Assembly (NCBI GenBank): GCA_965657355.1
Contig: CBFHOE010000004.1
Span: forward strand, 129,160-193,159
From: Limisphaerales bacterium
GTDB taxonomy: Bacteria > Verrucomicrobiota > Verrucomicrobiia > Limisphaerales > JAJOIW01
Direction of reading: 5' to 3'
Length of the DNA stretch: 64,000 nt
Positions 37,147 to 46,858 of the stretch are shown piece after piece. Position 1 is the stretch's first letter. Each line of letters opens with the position of its first letter. The notes under the pieces are model-generated. The model searched no databases, was not told where the DNA came from, and saw only the letters and a list, made by a program, of their open reading frames with translations. The translations under genes were made by a program, and so were the position numbers.

Positions 37147-38499
37147 ATGCCAAGTGTGTTTATAAAGACATATGGTTGTCAGATGAATGAGAGGGATTCT
37201 GAAGCTGTGGCGTCGCAGCTTGTTGACAACGGTTATGAATTAGCTCTCTCTGAACGTTCAGCCGATGTCATTCTATTGAATACATGCAGCGTAAGAGACA
37301 TGGCTGAACAAAAGGCCATTGGAAAGATGCAAAACCTTGTCGCTGAGTCCAAAAGAAATAAACCTCAGCAGATTATGGGGTTCTTGGGATGCATGGCTCA
37401 AAGCCGAGGTGAAGAGTTAGTCAAAAATATTCCTGGCGTAAAACTCGTCCTCGGGACTCAAAAGTTTCACCGAGCCCCTGAGTATCTCGATCAAATTTTC
37501 TCGGGAGCATCCAAATCTATCGTTGATATAGAAGAAGAAAAAGGTAGCGAATCCACTATCAGAGAGCACCTCCCAGCGACACCGGGAACCAAACAAGCTG
37601 TTTCTACCTTTGTGTCAATCATGCAAGGTTGTAATCAACATTGTTCCTTTTGCATCGTACCTTTTACCCGCGGACATGAAAGGTGCCGACCTATTGATGA
37701 AATTGTGGATGAGTGCCGGAACCTCGTCGCTCGCGGAGTCAAAGAGGTCACTCTTTTAGGGCAAATTGTCAATTCTTATGGCAAACGAGATATTCCTTTG
37801 AAGGATGGGAAATCTGGATTCGTTCAATTGCTCGAGGCTGTTAACGAGATCAAAGGATTGGATAGGATTCGTTTTACCTCCCCGCACCCAAAAGGATACG
37901 GAATGGATTTGGTAGAAGCCTACGCGCGGTTGCCCAAATTATGTGAAAGTGCTCACATACCTCTGCAGAGCGGCTCTAACCGATTGTTAAAGCTCATGAG
38001 GCGTCAATACACAAGAGAAAGATTCATGGAACTTGTGGCCCAATTGAGGTCTGTGACTCCAAATATTGGCTTGTCGACCGACATAATTGTTGGATTCCCG
38101 GGTGAGACAGAGGAGGATTTTCTTCAAACAGTTGATATCGTCAAAGAAGTAGAATTTGATCAAGCCTACATCTTTCGTTACAGCAAAAGAAAGAATACTC
38201 CCGCATCCGAAATGGCAAATCAACTTTCCGAATCAATCAAAGAGGAGAGAAATCAGCATCTTCTGAAAGTCATGAATGAAATTGGAGAGAAGAGATTCAA
38301 TACTTTTATCGGGAAGTCTGTTGAGGTTTTAGTGACTGGACCCAGCCGCAAAAATTCGGCTAGGCTAGAAGGGAGAACCAGGTGCCATAAAATAGTTGTC
38401 TTTGAAGGGAATCAAAGACTTATCGGTCAAACGATACCAATTCAGATTCAAAGGGTTGGATCATTCACCTTATACGGAGACCCTGTCATACATAACTGA
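37147..38499 (+). CDS. miaB: tRNA-2-methylthio-N6-dimethylallyladenosine synthase MiaB
   Basis: The start is at ATG 37147 (MPSVFIKTYGCQMNERDSE, the canonical MiaB N-terminus); the track start at 37072 lies inside the skp terminator. The radical SAM cluster is GCNQHCSFCIVP, and a TRAM-like C-terminus is present. Confidence 0.92.
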   Translation: MPSVFIKTYGCQMNERDSEAVASQLVDNGYELALSERSADVILLNTCSVRDMAEQKAIGKMQNLVAESKRNKPQQIMGFLGCMAQSRGEELVKNIPGVKLVLGTQKFHRAPEYLDQIFSGASKSIVDIEEEKGSESTIREHLPATPGTKQAVSTFVSIMQGCNQHCSFCIVPFTRGHERCRPIDEIVDECRNLVARGVKEVTLLGQIVNSYGKRDIPLKDGKSGFVQLLEAVNEIKGLDRIRFTSPHPKGYGMDLVEAYARLPKLCESAHIPLQSGSNRLLKLMRRQYTRERFMELVAQLRSVTPNIGLSTDIIVGFPGETEEDFLQTVDIVKEVEFDQAYIFRYSKRKNTPASEMANQLSESIKEERNQHLLKVMNEIGEKRFNTFIGKSVEVLVTGPSRKNSARLEGRTRCHKIVVFEGNQRLIGQTIPIQIQRVGSFTLYGDPVIHN

Positions 38500-38514
38500 A
38501 TTTAAAAAATATTC

Positions 38515-39063
38515 ATGAACTTTTCACAAATAACAATCGTTCTTGGTTTGATAGCTTTAGCGGCATCCATTTATGGACTCTTGAATCAAGAAAAATTTAA
38601 ACAATGGGCATTATCTTTCCCTAGATCCAATGTCTGGGGGTATTTTTTTATGGGCGTTTCTACTGGCTGGTTCCTTTACAATTTTAGCTCAGAAAATATT
38701 GCAGACTTTGAAAGAATAAAGAATCTAATGCTTCTATTATTTCTCGCTGTCGGAGTAGGAGCTATGCTTTGGGTCAAAGATTATTTGGCTGTGCGCGGGT
38801 TTTCTGTTTTTATCATTCTTTTGGCACACACAATAGTAGAGCTTTCGCGCGAGGTTCCCACGCAATGGAGATTGGTCATGGTTGCCATCTCTTACGCCTA
38901 CGTCCTATTCGGAATCATTTGTACGATTAAGCCATATTTGATGAGAGATCTTATTCATTGGGCTACAAATTCGTCGTCTCGCCTCAAGATTCTTCTCATT
39001 ATACGCGGTGCGATAGGAGTTCTCCTTTTCATCCTTGGACTGACTCAATTTAAAGGTTATTGA
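38515..39063 (+). CDS. Integral membrane protein of unknown function (about 6 TM helices)
   Basis: 182-aa ORF starting 15 nt after miaB. It has six hydrophobic segments and no motif I recognise. Confidence 0.5.
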   Translation: MNFSQITIVLGLIALAASIYGLLNQEKFKQWALSFPRSNVWGYFFMGVSTGWFLYNFSSENIADFERIKNLMLLLFLAVGVGAMLWVKDYLAVRGFSVFIILLAHTIVELSREVPTQWRLVMVAISYAYVLFGIICTIKPYLMRDLIHWATNSSSRLKILLIIRGAIGVLLFILGLTQFKGY

Positions 39064-39109
39064 AGTTGGCACCTCAGGGATCACGCTGCATTTTGTGTAA
39101 GGAAATCCT

Positions 39110-40063
39110 ATGGCGAACAAAAATAAGATTTTGGTAATCCGGGGTGGAGCTATTGGCGATTTCATCCTGACACTGCCCGTTTTCTCAGCGCTCAAAGAAC
39201 AATTTCCAAAATCCCAGATTGATGTTTTAGGTTATGCCCATATCGCAGAATTGGCGCTTCTATCTGGACATGTCGACCAAGTGCACTCTATCGAGGCACG
39301 GGGACTCGCTGGTTATTTCGCAAAAAATGGAGACTTGGATAAGAAATTAAAAGATTTGTTCAATACTTATGGGCTAATCATTTCTTACCTTTACGATCCA
39401 CAGGAAATTTTCAAAACAAACGTTGCAAAAATCTCTGATGCTCAATTTATTATTGGACCTCACCGTCCTGATGACTCTGGGCATGTCCACGCTACTGAGG
39501 TTTTCCTGGACCCGCTTAAGGCATTGGCTATTTTTGAACCAGATATACGCCCTAAAATTTCTGGTGATTTACTTCCTGTTGCTCCAATAGAAATCAAGAA
39601 AACGGATCGCCAATTTTTACTCGCTATTCATCCAGGAAGTGGTAGCGAAAAAAAGAATTGGCCTGAAGAAAATTGGGTGACTTTAATAAAAAATCTTATT
39701 GCAGAAACTGATATCAAATTTCTGCTTGTTGGAGGAGAATCCGAAAGGGAAAGGTACATTAATATTTCTCGAATTATTCCAAGTGATAGAAAATATGAAA
39801 GTTATTCTTTACCTCTTAGCGAGCTGGCTAGCTGCTTGAGTAAGGCTGACGGATTTCTCGGACACGACAGTGGGTTATCCCATCTGGCCGCCGCAGTTGG
39901 GATTGAAGGAATCGTCCTCTGGCCTCATACGAACCCTCGGGTTTGGGCCCCGAGGTCGGAAAAGATGAGGCTCGTTTATAATGAAAGCGGTATCGCCTAT
40001 ATCACGGTAATGGAAGTCTTTGACAGAATTTTAAAATTCTTTATCAACAAACAAAATTCTTAA
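39110..40063 (+). CDS. Glycosyltransferase family 9 (LPS heptosyltransferase-like)
   Basis: 317-aa ORF. Motifs: ILVIRGGAIGDFILTLPVFSALK, HPGSGSEKKNWP and GHDSGLSHLAAAVG. Confidence 0.8.
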   Translation: MANKNKILVIRGGAIGDFILTLPVFSALKEQFPKSQIDVLGYAHIAELALLSGHVDQVHSIEARGLAGYFAKNGDLDKKLKDLFNTYGLIISYLYDPQEIFKTNVAKISDAQFIIGPHRPDDSGHVHATEVFLDPLKALAIFEPDIRPKISGDLLPVAPIEIKKTDRQFLLAIHPGSGSEKKNWPEENWVTLIKNLIAETDIKFLLVGGESERERYINISRIIPSDRKYESYSLPLSELASCLSKADGFLGHDSGLSHLAAAVGIEGIVLWPHTNPRVWAPRSEKMRLVYNESGIAYITVMEVFDRILKFFINKQNS

Positions 40064-40064
40064 A

Positions 40065-40949
40065 ATGAAAGAACATACATCAGAGTTATTTTTTGACTCC
40101 AAATCCATCCTTTCTGAAGGTCCTGGATACCACCCTGAAAAGAATAAAATTCTGTGGGTGGATATTGAAGCAGGAATTATTAACGAGTTGGATTTCGACA
40201 CTAAAATAAACAAGCAAATACTTTTGGGCGGGAAAGTAGGTTTTGCCGTTTATGACGCAAACAGCTCTATTGTGGCCGGTGCTCAAAATGGATTTATCCG
40301 AGTGGATCCGCAAACAGGCGGTCTAACCAATATTGGCAATCCTGAAGAAAGTTTTAAGGATAATCGCTTCAATGATGGTAAAGCTGGCCCCGACGGAAAT
40401 ATTTGGGCAGGAACGATGAGCGTTCATGAAACACCCAAAGCAGGTTCATTTTATAAACTAGATTCGCCAAATTTGGATATCCAAAAACAATTCGGGAATG
40501 TGACCATTTCAAATGGCCTGGCATGGGATCTCGAGGCGAATATCTTTTACTACATTGATACGCCCACTATGTCTATAGACGCCTTTGACTTTGATTTAGA
40601 TAATAGCCAAATTTCTAACCGGAGAACAGTTGTGAAAATACCTGATGGAGTGGGCTATCCGGATGGAATGACAATAGATGATGAGGGCAATTTATGGGTT
40701 GCCATGTGGGCCGGTTGGGGCGTGCTGAAATTTAATCCCAAAACTGGCCATTTAGTGGAAAAAGTTTCCGTCCCGGTCGAATGTGTGTCAGCTTGTTGCT
40801 TTGCAGGCCCAGAGCGAGATGCATTGGTGATAACGAGCTCCAGTCGCGATCTTAAACCGGGCCAGGAACTAGAGCAACCCCACGCAGGTTCACTCTTCGT
40901 CGCTTACCCAGGAGCTAAAGGACCATCAGCTAATATTTTTGCCGGTTGA
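40065..40949 (+). CDS. SMP-30/gluconolactonase/LRE-family lactonase
   Basis: 294-aa ORF starting 1 nt after the GT9 stop. Motifs: LSEGPGYHPEKNKILWVDI, RFNDGKAGPDGNIWAGTM, SNGLAWD and PDGMTIDDEGNLWVA. Confidence 0.8.
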   Translation: MKEHTSELFFDSKSILSEGPGYHPEKNKILWVDIEAGIINELDFDTKINKQILLGGKVGFAVYDANSSIVAGAQNGFIRVDPQTGGLTNIGNPEESFKDNRFNDGKAGPDGNIWAGTMSVHETPKAGSFYKLDSPNLDIQKQFGNVTISNGLAWDLEANIFYYIDTPTMSIDAFDFDLDNSQISNRRTVVKIPDGVGYPDGMTIDDEGNLWVAMWAGWGVLKFNPKTGHLVEKVSVPVECVSACCFAGPERDALVITSSSRDLKPGQELEQPHAGSLFVAYPGAKGPSANIFAG

Positions 40950-40979
40950 GTTTGAGTCTCAAAACTCCAAGGCTAAGTA

Positions 40980-43900
40980 TTAAAAAATCCTAACCCTGTA
41001 GAATCGACTATCTCCCTCAGGTAGTGGAGATGTATTATCTTGGAATAGGATTTGATTTTCTGTGCTGCTCGCTTCGATAGTTCTTAAAACTTTCCATTCT
41101 CCAGATGTGAGCGACTCTCTGGCCTCAATTTGATATTGAGTGTCGGGGAGAGCTTTGAATTCCAGTTCAAATATCCCGTTTGTGTTGAGGCGTCCTGCAA
41201 CCCTTGGGACTCCTTTCTTATAATAACCCGGACTAGGGATTTTTCCCTTCCAATTTGTAGGTTCCGTCCCGATTTTGCCGCCAGATAGGCGATGCATAGA
41301 AAGCCCATTATCAGAAAGTCCAATCGGCCATGGTTCTTCGCTGCGGTATGTGACTTCGTCCACAATATAATATGGCACAGCATTGGCCTCCGACGAATGA
41401 TTCGGCTGGGGATCCTCGGCCGCCTTCACGACGATTTTATCTCCTGCATTATTCAACTGCCCCTTGAATGGTCCTAAAACACTTATTGAATTTGGTATGT
41501 TGAAAATTGTTCTGAATGAATCGAGTTTTGACTGGTTTGCGGTAGGATCGAATTTCACAAGTAGCAAACTCTCACCCGGGTCAATCCATAAATCTTTTGG
41601 AAAGTCGAAATCAATGCCACCTCGAACCCTCCAGGTTAATTCGGGGAAATTAACATTGTAGAGAGCGACTCTGTCGTTGGAAAAATTCGTGAGCTCAACA
41701 AATTCATCTTCTGTGTTTGCAGAGTCATCGTTTGTTGGAGGGGTATACATGATTTCAGAAATAATCACAGGGCCAATTCGTGGCGCCGCTTCTATTTCAC
41801 CAAATGTCATTTTATTTAATGGATGATAAATTACCGATCCCTCTGAGTTGACAAAGCGGCCGAATGATTCCCCAGATTTAGATCCAGGAAAATTTTTTCC
41901 ATTAGCATACCCAGTAAGAATAGAATTCTCATCTTGGCTAAAAATGAATATCTCATCACCGGTTGCGTTTAATGAAAATGGTTCCAATGTTTCGTCTGAG
42001 TTTGTTGGGTTAAATTGGTTTTCACTTATAACGTATAGTTCCCCTGAACCTAAAATTGTATCTTCTGGGATTCGGAATTTATTAGGTCTTCTTAAGTCAT
42101 CCGAGACGACCCACCCACCAATATCAATGGCGACCTCATCCGCATTAATGATTTCAATCATATCCATGAGTGGTGGGTCTGAATGAAGGAGGACTTCATT
42201 GATCACGATATTGGGACTCGCCTCTGGCGGGCCGTTATCAATTCCAGGGCTACCGTAAATAGAACCACTGGATGACCAGTAATCAATGTCAATCGGCTCT
42301 GCATTATCTGGATTAGTATTGACCAATGAGAAGCCTAGACCATCAGTGAGTGGATACCATCTATCGTCATATTCAGCGACCAAAACTACGCTCTGATCCG
42401 ATTTATTTACGGCTTCCAGCTTTTCCCCCCCATTTGAAAGTGATTTTAAATATTCCCCGGCGACCGAGGGCTCAAGATTATTTCCGTAACGCAAGAGAAA
42501 CGCCTGTTTATTTTTTACTAAAAGCAACCTTTTCCCGGGGCCGATATATCCTGGTGAGCTGTTTGCGAAATCGAAGTCAATGCCGTCGGTGAATTTAATT
42601 TCATTTAAATCCAGGCGCTGGCCGGATGAATTAAAAAGCTCGATAAACTCGAAATCATTATCCTGGATATTCGGCATCTCACTGATCTCACTTTCAGAGG
42701 GCTGTGAGGGGTGATAATTAATCTCTGTGATAATTATCTCGCCAAAAGTTGGAGGCCTATCAACTGATAGTCGAATATCGGTTATGCCCGACCAATTACT
42801 TGAAACAGGTGGGTTGTTTGAACCTGTTAAATTTTTATGAGTGGTTTTGAATACTCTCGTCCTAATTTTAACTGTTTCATTCACTGTTATCGGAGCGGTG
42901 TATCTTATAGCTGCTCCTGCGACACTTCCTCCAATTTTTCTGGGATCGCTGCCATCAGTTGTATAATATATTGATCCGCCTTCTTCAGAACTTAGCTTGA
43001 TTTGGGTGCCGGCAGTGACTGTTCCCGACTCTATGTTTGATTGGGGACGGGCAAGAAATTGACTGTTGATAAATGAAATCCGATTAGCATACCAGGACTT
43101 TAATGTTCGAATTTCGCTATTGTAGGTTCCCCTGAATCTTCCCCACCGTGATTCGTTACGAATTGCTGCACCCCGCAATTGACCTGCCATCGAATCAATG
43201 ACTTTTGTAATATTAGTAAGGCTCAATTCTCCATCATTCAAAACCTGCCACCTGTCAATATAAGCTTGCCAGAATTCAAGATCTCGAAAGAGGTCTCTCC
43301 ACCATGGATAATTAAAAAAATCAGTGCCCCTGTCACCTCTGTTAGACCTCCACCTAAATGGGTCATCATCACGACTATCCGTTGAACCCATCGACCTATC
43401 AAAATCCCAGATAGGACCGAATTTAAGTTTTCCTCCTCTGGGAAGGGACATATAGGTACTTAATCTGAGGGCATCTACGTTAAAAGCTAATACGTTGAGA
43501 AGGTGGTGGTCTATCCAGGCCTCCACATCGATATATTCATGATATTTGGGTACGGGGCGATTTCGGTTAGTGGTCGAACGGACCATCTCATTGAAAAAAT
43601 TTCTGACCCATGTGCGCTTTGAGGCATTTTCGGGCTTCTCCATTTCAATTTCTTTAGGTTCGACATACAAAACTCTTTGGCCAGGTGCCGAAAATCCTGA
43701 ATCTCCTGGATCAGTCCGGTCTATCTTGAAAATGTAGCCCCCAGAGATTTCCGGCTCAGATTTGTGCTCTGGAAATAACTTTTCAATATCTACCCGATCA
43801 TCATCTCGGCTTATCTTCTCCATAAGAGCATAGACTCCGAAATAATCCGACATCTCCAAATTATCACGGTCTTGATTTATAAATACTTCGACAAAGCGTG

Positions 43901-45578
43901 TTCTCACGGCGTAAGAACCAATCTGATTGCTCAATTCATAAATTAGTGGATTACGTATGAGCGAAGGATCAAAATTAAATGGTCCCCACAGTATCCAATC
44001 ACTCTCGGATGGCATACCCAAAAGGCTGGCTGACTTATCTTTTTCATTTTCACCCCAGAGTTCCAGACTAAATGATGGTTTAGGTCGCCCAGCGGTGCTC
44101 GATCCTCTTACTCGGATTCCAGCGTTTGATGTATATTGTGGTGTGCTTGTAAGTTTTGTTTTGCCTGTTGCATCGGGCTCAAAAATTGAAAACGATGTCT
44201 TTAGCCATCCTGATTGGGGAAACGGATGGCGGCTCCCGAAAGTATCTAAATAAATGAGGGGGATGTCAGAGGAAAAGGATCTTACATCATTACTCAATTT
44301 TATAAATGTATGAGTAATGACAGGCCCTATAGCATCATCTTTAAATGATCTTGCCCGTATAGTGGTTGAGCCAGTCACCCTAATAGGTGAATTATATAGG
44401 GTGGAGCTCTCATTGGGAATTGATCCATCCGTCGTGTATCTCATTGCGAATCCAACATCAGATTTAAGCTGCAGAGAAAAGTTTGAAATAAACGTTCCGC
44501 TCAGCTTGGAGAAAGTGACTTCCGGACCCAGGTTTTGAACGGTATTTCCATTACTTTCTCTAGGAGAAGGAAAATAAGAATAGCCATAGTTTCTCGAAGT
44601 GTCTCCTCCTGCGTACCCAATGATTTTTGGTCGTATGAGAAGATCGGAGCTTGTTACCAAATTGTTTAAACCATGGATCGCTAAAATATTTTTACCCTCT
44701 TGCAGTTTGTCTTGGGAACTGGTGATCACTATTTGTTCATCAACGATAGCAATATTATCTGGACGGTTTGTGGGTGCCCCTGAGTTCCATCGCAGCGGGG
44801 TAGGGGCATTCCGAGAAACTAAAAGCTGGCCATTTAAATATGCCACCATGCCATCTTCATATTGGATAGATAGAATCAATCTTTCGAAGCTTGGTATATT
44901 ATCTACATTGAAAGGAATTCTTATGTAGACGGATTCATTTTGGTTTCTCATTTGTCTCACATCCAGACCGATTCGGCCAGGGTAATCATAGCCTACTCCT
45001 GTCCTTCCAGATTTCCATGATGTGTCATCAAAATCGAGCTTCGTCCAGTCCAGGGACAAGTTTCCGTCGGTTGGTATGAGAGCCTTTGCGGGGCTGTTGT
45101 CTTTGAGTAGGATGATTTCATCTCCCGGTGACTCATTTCGTGCAAAGGATATATCTGGCTTTTGGGGTGGGTAAGCTGGCGAGAATTCCGTTGCAATCTC
45201 TCCGTTTGGTTGAACAAGCGCCAGATATTCACCCTCTGAACTAAGTCGGAAATTCGTATGTAGTGGTTGGTTTGGAAATTTTCTATCCCGGCCGGATGCA
45301 TAAATAAGCATTCTCTGACCCGAAGATATGATGAAGCTTGGAAATTGCCAGGTTACCCTTGGAAAGTCTCCACTCTCTAATTTCCAATTCCTCAGATTTA
45401 CATTTTTTGTTGATTGATTATATATTTCAATCCAGTCAGATCGATTGCCTTGATCGTCTTTAGGAAGGGATTCATTAGTTGCTAAAATCTCTGAGATAAT
45501 GACATCCTGAGCAGAACTCCGCACCACTGACATTACAACAATAGATAGAGCTAAGTATAAAAGAGACCTTAAGGGCAT
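40980..45578 (-). CDS. Giant secreted protein: four lamin-tail domains (LTD), CotH kinase-like domain, Fn3/chitobiase-C-like modules
   Basis: 1532-aa ORF with a signal peptide. LTD signatures: VIISEILATNE...DWIEIYN, IIITEINYHP...EFIELFN, IVINEVLLHS...MIEIIN and VIISEIMYTP...EFVELTN. The CotH core is GIRVRGSSTAGRPKPSFSLELWGE...FVEVFIN...YFGVYALMEKI. YTTDGS modules occur twice. Confidence 0.8.
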   Translation of the reverse strand: MPLRSLLYLALSIVVMSVVRSSAQDVIISEILATNESLPKDDQGNRSDWIEIYNQSTKNVNLRNWKLESGDFPRVTWQFPSFIISSGQRMLIYASGRDRKFPNQPLHTNFRLSSEGEYLALVQPNGEIATEFSPAYPPQKPDISFARNESPGDEIILLKDNSPAKALIPTDGNLSLDWTKLDFDDTSWKSGRTGVGYDYPGRIGLDVRQMRNQNESVYIRIPFNVDNIPSFERLILSIQYEDGMVAYLNGQLLVSRNAPTPLRWNSGAPTNRPDNIAIVDEQIVITSSQDKLQEGKNILAIHGLNNLVTSSDLLIRPKIIGYAGGDTSRNYGYSYFPSPRESNGNTVQNLGPEVTFSKLSGTFISNFSLQLKSDVGFAMRYTTDGSIPNESSTLYNSPIRVTGSTTIRARSFKDDAIGPVITHTFIKLSNDVRSFSSDIPLIYLDTFGSRHPFPQSGWLKTSFSIFEPDATGKTKLTSTPQYTSNAGIRVRGSSTAGRPKPSFSLELWGENEKDKSASLLGMPSESDWILWGPFNFDPSLIRNPLIYELSNQIGSYAVRTRFVEVFINQDRDNLEMSDYFGVYALMEKISRDDDRVDIEKLFPEHKSEPEISGGYIFKIDRTDPGDSGFSAPGQRVLYVEPKEIEMEKPENASKRTWVRNFFNEMVRSTTNRNRPVPKYHEYIDVEAWIDHHLLNVLAFNVDALRLSTYMSLPRGGKLKFGPIWDFDRSMGSTDSRDDDPFRWRSNRGDRGTDFFNYPWWRDLFRDLEFWQAYIDRWQVLNDGELSLTNITKVIDSMAGQLRGAAIRNESRWGRFRGTYNSEIRTLKSWYANRISFINSQFLARPQSNIESGTVTAGTQIKLSSEEGGSIYYTTDGSDPRKIGGSVAGAAIRYTAPITVNETVKIRTRVFKTTHKNLTGSNNPPVSSNWSGITDIRLSVDRPPTFGEIIITEINYHPSQPSESEISEMPNIQDNDFEFIELFNSSGQRLDLNEIKFTDGIDFDFANSSPGYIGPGKRLLLVKNKQAFLLRYGNNLEPSVAGEYLKSLSNGGEKLEAVNKSDQSVVLVAEYDDRWYPLTDGLGFSLVNTNPDNAEPIDIDYWSSSGSIYGSPGIDNGPPEASPNIVINEVLLHSDPPLMDMIEIINADEVAIDIGGWVVSDDLRRPNKFRIPEDTILGSGELYVISENQFNPTNSDETLEPFSLNATGDEIFIFSQDENSILTGYANGKNFPGSKSGESFGRFVNSEGSVIYHPLNKMTFGEIEAAPRIGPVIISEIMYTPPTNDDSANTEDEFVELTNFSNDRVALYNVNFPELTWRVRGGIDFDFPKDLWIDPGESLLLVKFDPTANQSKLDSFRTIFNIPNSISVLGPFKGQLNNAGDKIVVKAAEDPQPNHSSEANAVPYYIVDEVTYRSEEPWPIGLSDNGLSMHRLSGGKIGTEPTNWKGKIPSPGYYKKGVPRVAGRLNTNGIFELEFKALPDTQYQIEARESLTSGEWKVLRTIEASSTENQILFQDNTSPLPEGDSRFYRVRIF

Positions 45579-45660
45579 ACCTTAATATACGACAAGTTGT
45601 ATCAAATTGCTTGAAATAATAATTTCTTCTTGAGTTAGGCTATAGTCGGAACAATGAAGA

Positions 45661-46725
45661 TTAGTAGTTTATGCTCACCTTTTTGCTGCCTTTATTAATC
45701 CGTCCAATAATATGGCAGGCAAAGCCATTACGCTTAATAGTTGCTGCAATTTTCTTGCTATGCTTCGGTGCCACTATGCAAGTAAGTCCTATGCCCATGT
45801 TGAATACATGGAACATTTCCTCATTGGAGATTTTTCCATGCTCTTGTATGAGCTGGAAAATAGGCTGGGGAGTCCAAGCATGAGAGTCTACCAACGCATC
45901 GAGATTTTCCGGTAAATTTCTTGGGATGTTGTCGTAAAAGCCTCCACCGGTAATGTGAGCCATCGCCTTGATGCCAGAAGGAGCTTTGGGTTTGTTGTAA
46001 GTCTTCAAGAGCTTTGCTATGAGCTGCCCATAACTGCGATGAATTCTAAGTAGCTCTTGGCCAATAGTTTTTTTGCCTAGACTGCTTACTTTACTTGAAA
46101 TCTTTAACCCCATTTTATCAAACAAGACATTTCTCGCCAGAGAGTATCCATTAGTATGAAGGCCATTAGACTCAATCCCTATAATCAAATCCCCTTCCTT
46201 TACCTTTGATCCGTCTAAAATTTTCTTTTTATCGACGATACCTACGATAGTTCCGCTGACATCATATTCACCCTTCTGATAGAATCCTGGCATCTGCGCC
46301 GTCTCTCCGCCTAGTAGTGAACAGTTGTTTTCGGCGCAGGCAATCGCAAAGCCTCTCAGGATATCTTGAAAGACCTTTGGTGTTAGTTTTCCAGTTCCAA
46401 GGTAATCGAGAAAAAACAAAGCCTCAGCCCCGAGTATGGCGATATCATTCACACAATGGTTGACCAGGTCTTGGCCAATGGTGAAATGTTTTTTTGTCAT
46501 AAATGCAACTTTGAGCTTTGTGCCAACACCATCCGCGCTTGAGACTAAAACAGGCTGCTTGTAATTTTTAGTGTTTAGAGCAAATAGCCCACCAAACCCA
46601 CCGACTTCTCCTAAGACTTCAGGTCTTTTAGTCGATTCCAAAAGAGATGGTAAAGATTCTTTGATCCTGTTACCTAGCTCAATATCAACTCCAGATTTTG
46701 CGTATGCAGATGACTTGTTTCCCAT
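45661..46725 (-). CDS. purM: Phosphoribosylformylglycinamidine cyclo-ligase (AIR synthetase) PurM
   Basis: 354-aa ORF. Motifs: YAKSGVDIE, GGFGGLF, SADGVGTKL, DLVNHCVNDI, LLGGETAQMPG and AHITGGG. Confidence 0.93.
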   Translation of the reverse strand: MGNKSSAYAKSGVDIELGNRIKESLPSLLESTKRPEVLGEVGGFGGLFALNTKNYKQPVLVSSADGVGTKLKVAFMTKKHFTIGQDLVNHCVNDIAILGAEALFFLDYLGTGKLTPKVFQDILRGFAIACAENNCSLLGGETAQMPGFYQKGEYDVSGTIVGIVDKKKILDGSKVKEGDLIIGIESNGLHTNGYSLARNVLFDKMGLKISSKVSSLGKKTIGQELLRIHRSYGQLIAKLLKTYNKPKAPSGIKAMAHITGGGFYDNIPRNLPENLDALVDSHAWTPQPIFQLIQEHGKISNEEMFHVFNMGIGLTCIVAPKHSKKIAATIKRNGFACHIIGRINKGSKKVSINY

Positions 46726-46858
46726 AAATTTAGACCATTATCCGTGGGATAATAAAATTTTTGAAGTCTTTTGTGCTTGTGTCTTTAAATGGTTTATTTC
46801 CGGGTCAGGTGGTCAGTTTCTCATGGACACATAAGACTGGTATATCAAAACATCCGGC

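Noticed and set aside
40950-40979. Imperfect inverted repeat GAGTTTGAG..CTCAAAACTC between the convergent SMP-30 and CotH genes, as a terminator.
   Set aside because: The stem is short and bulged, and there is no clear T-tract on either strand. This is not enough evidence to call a terminator.
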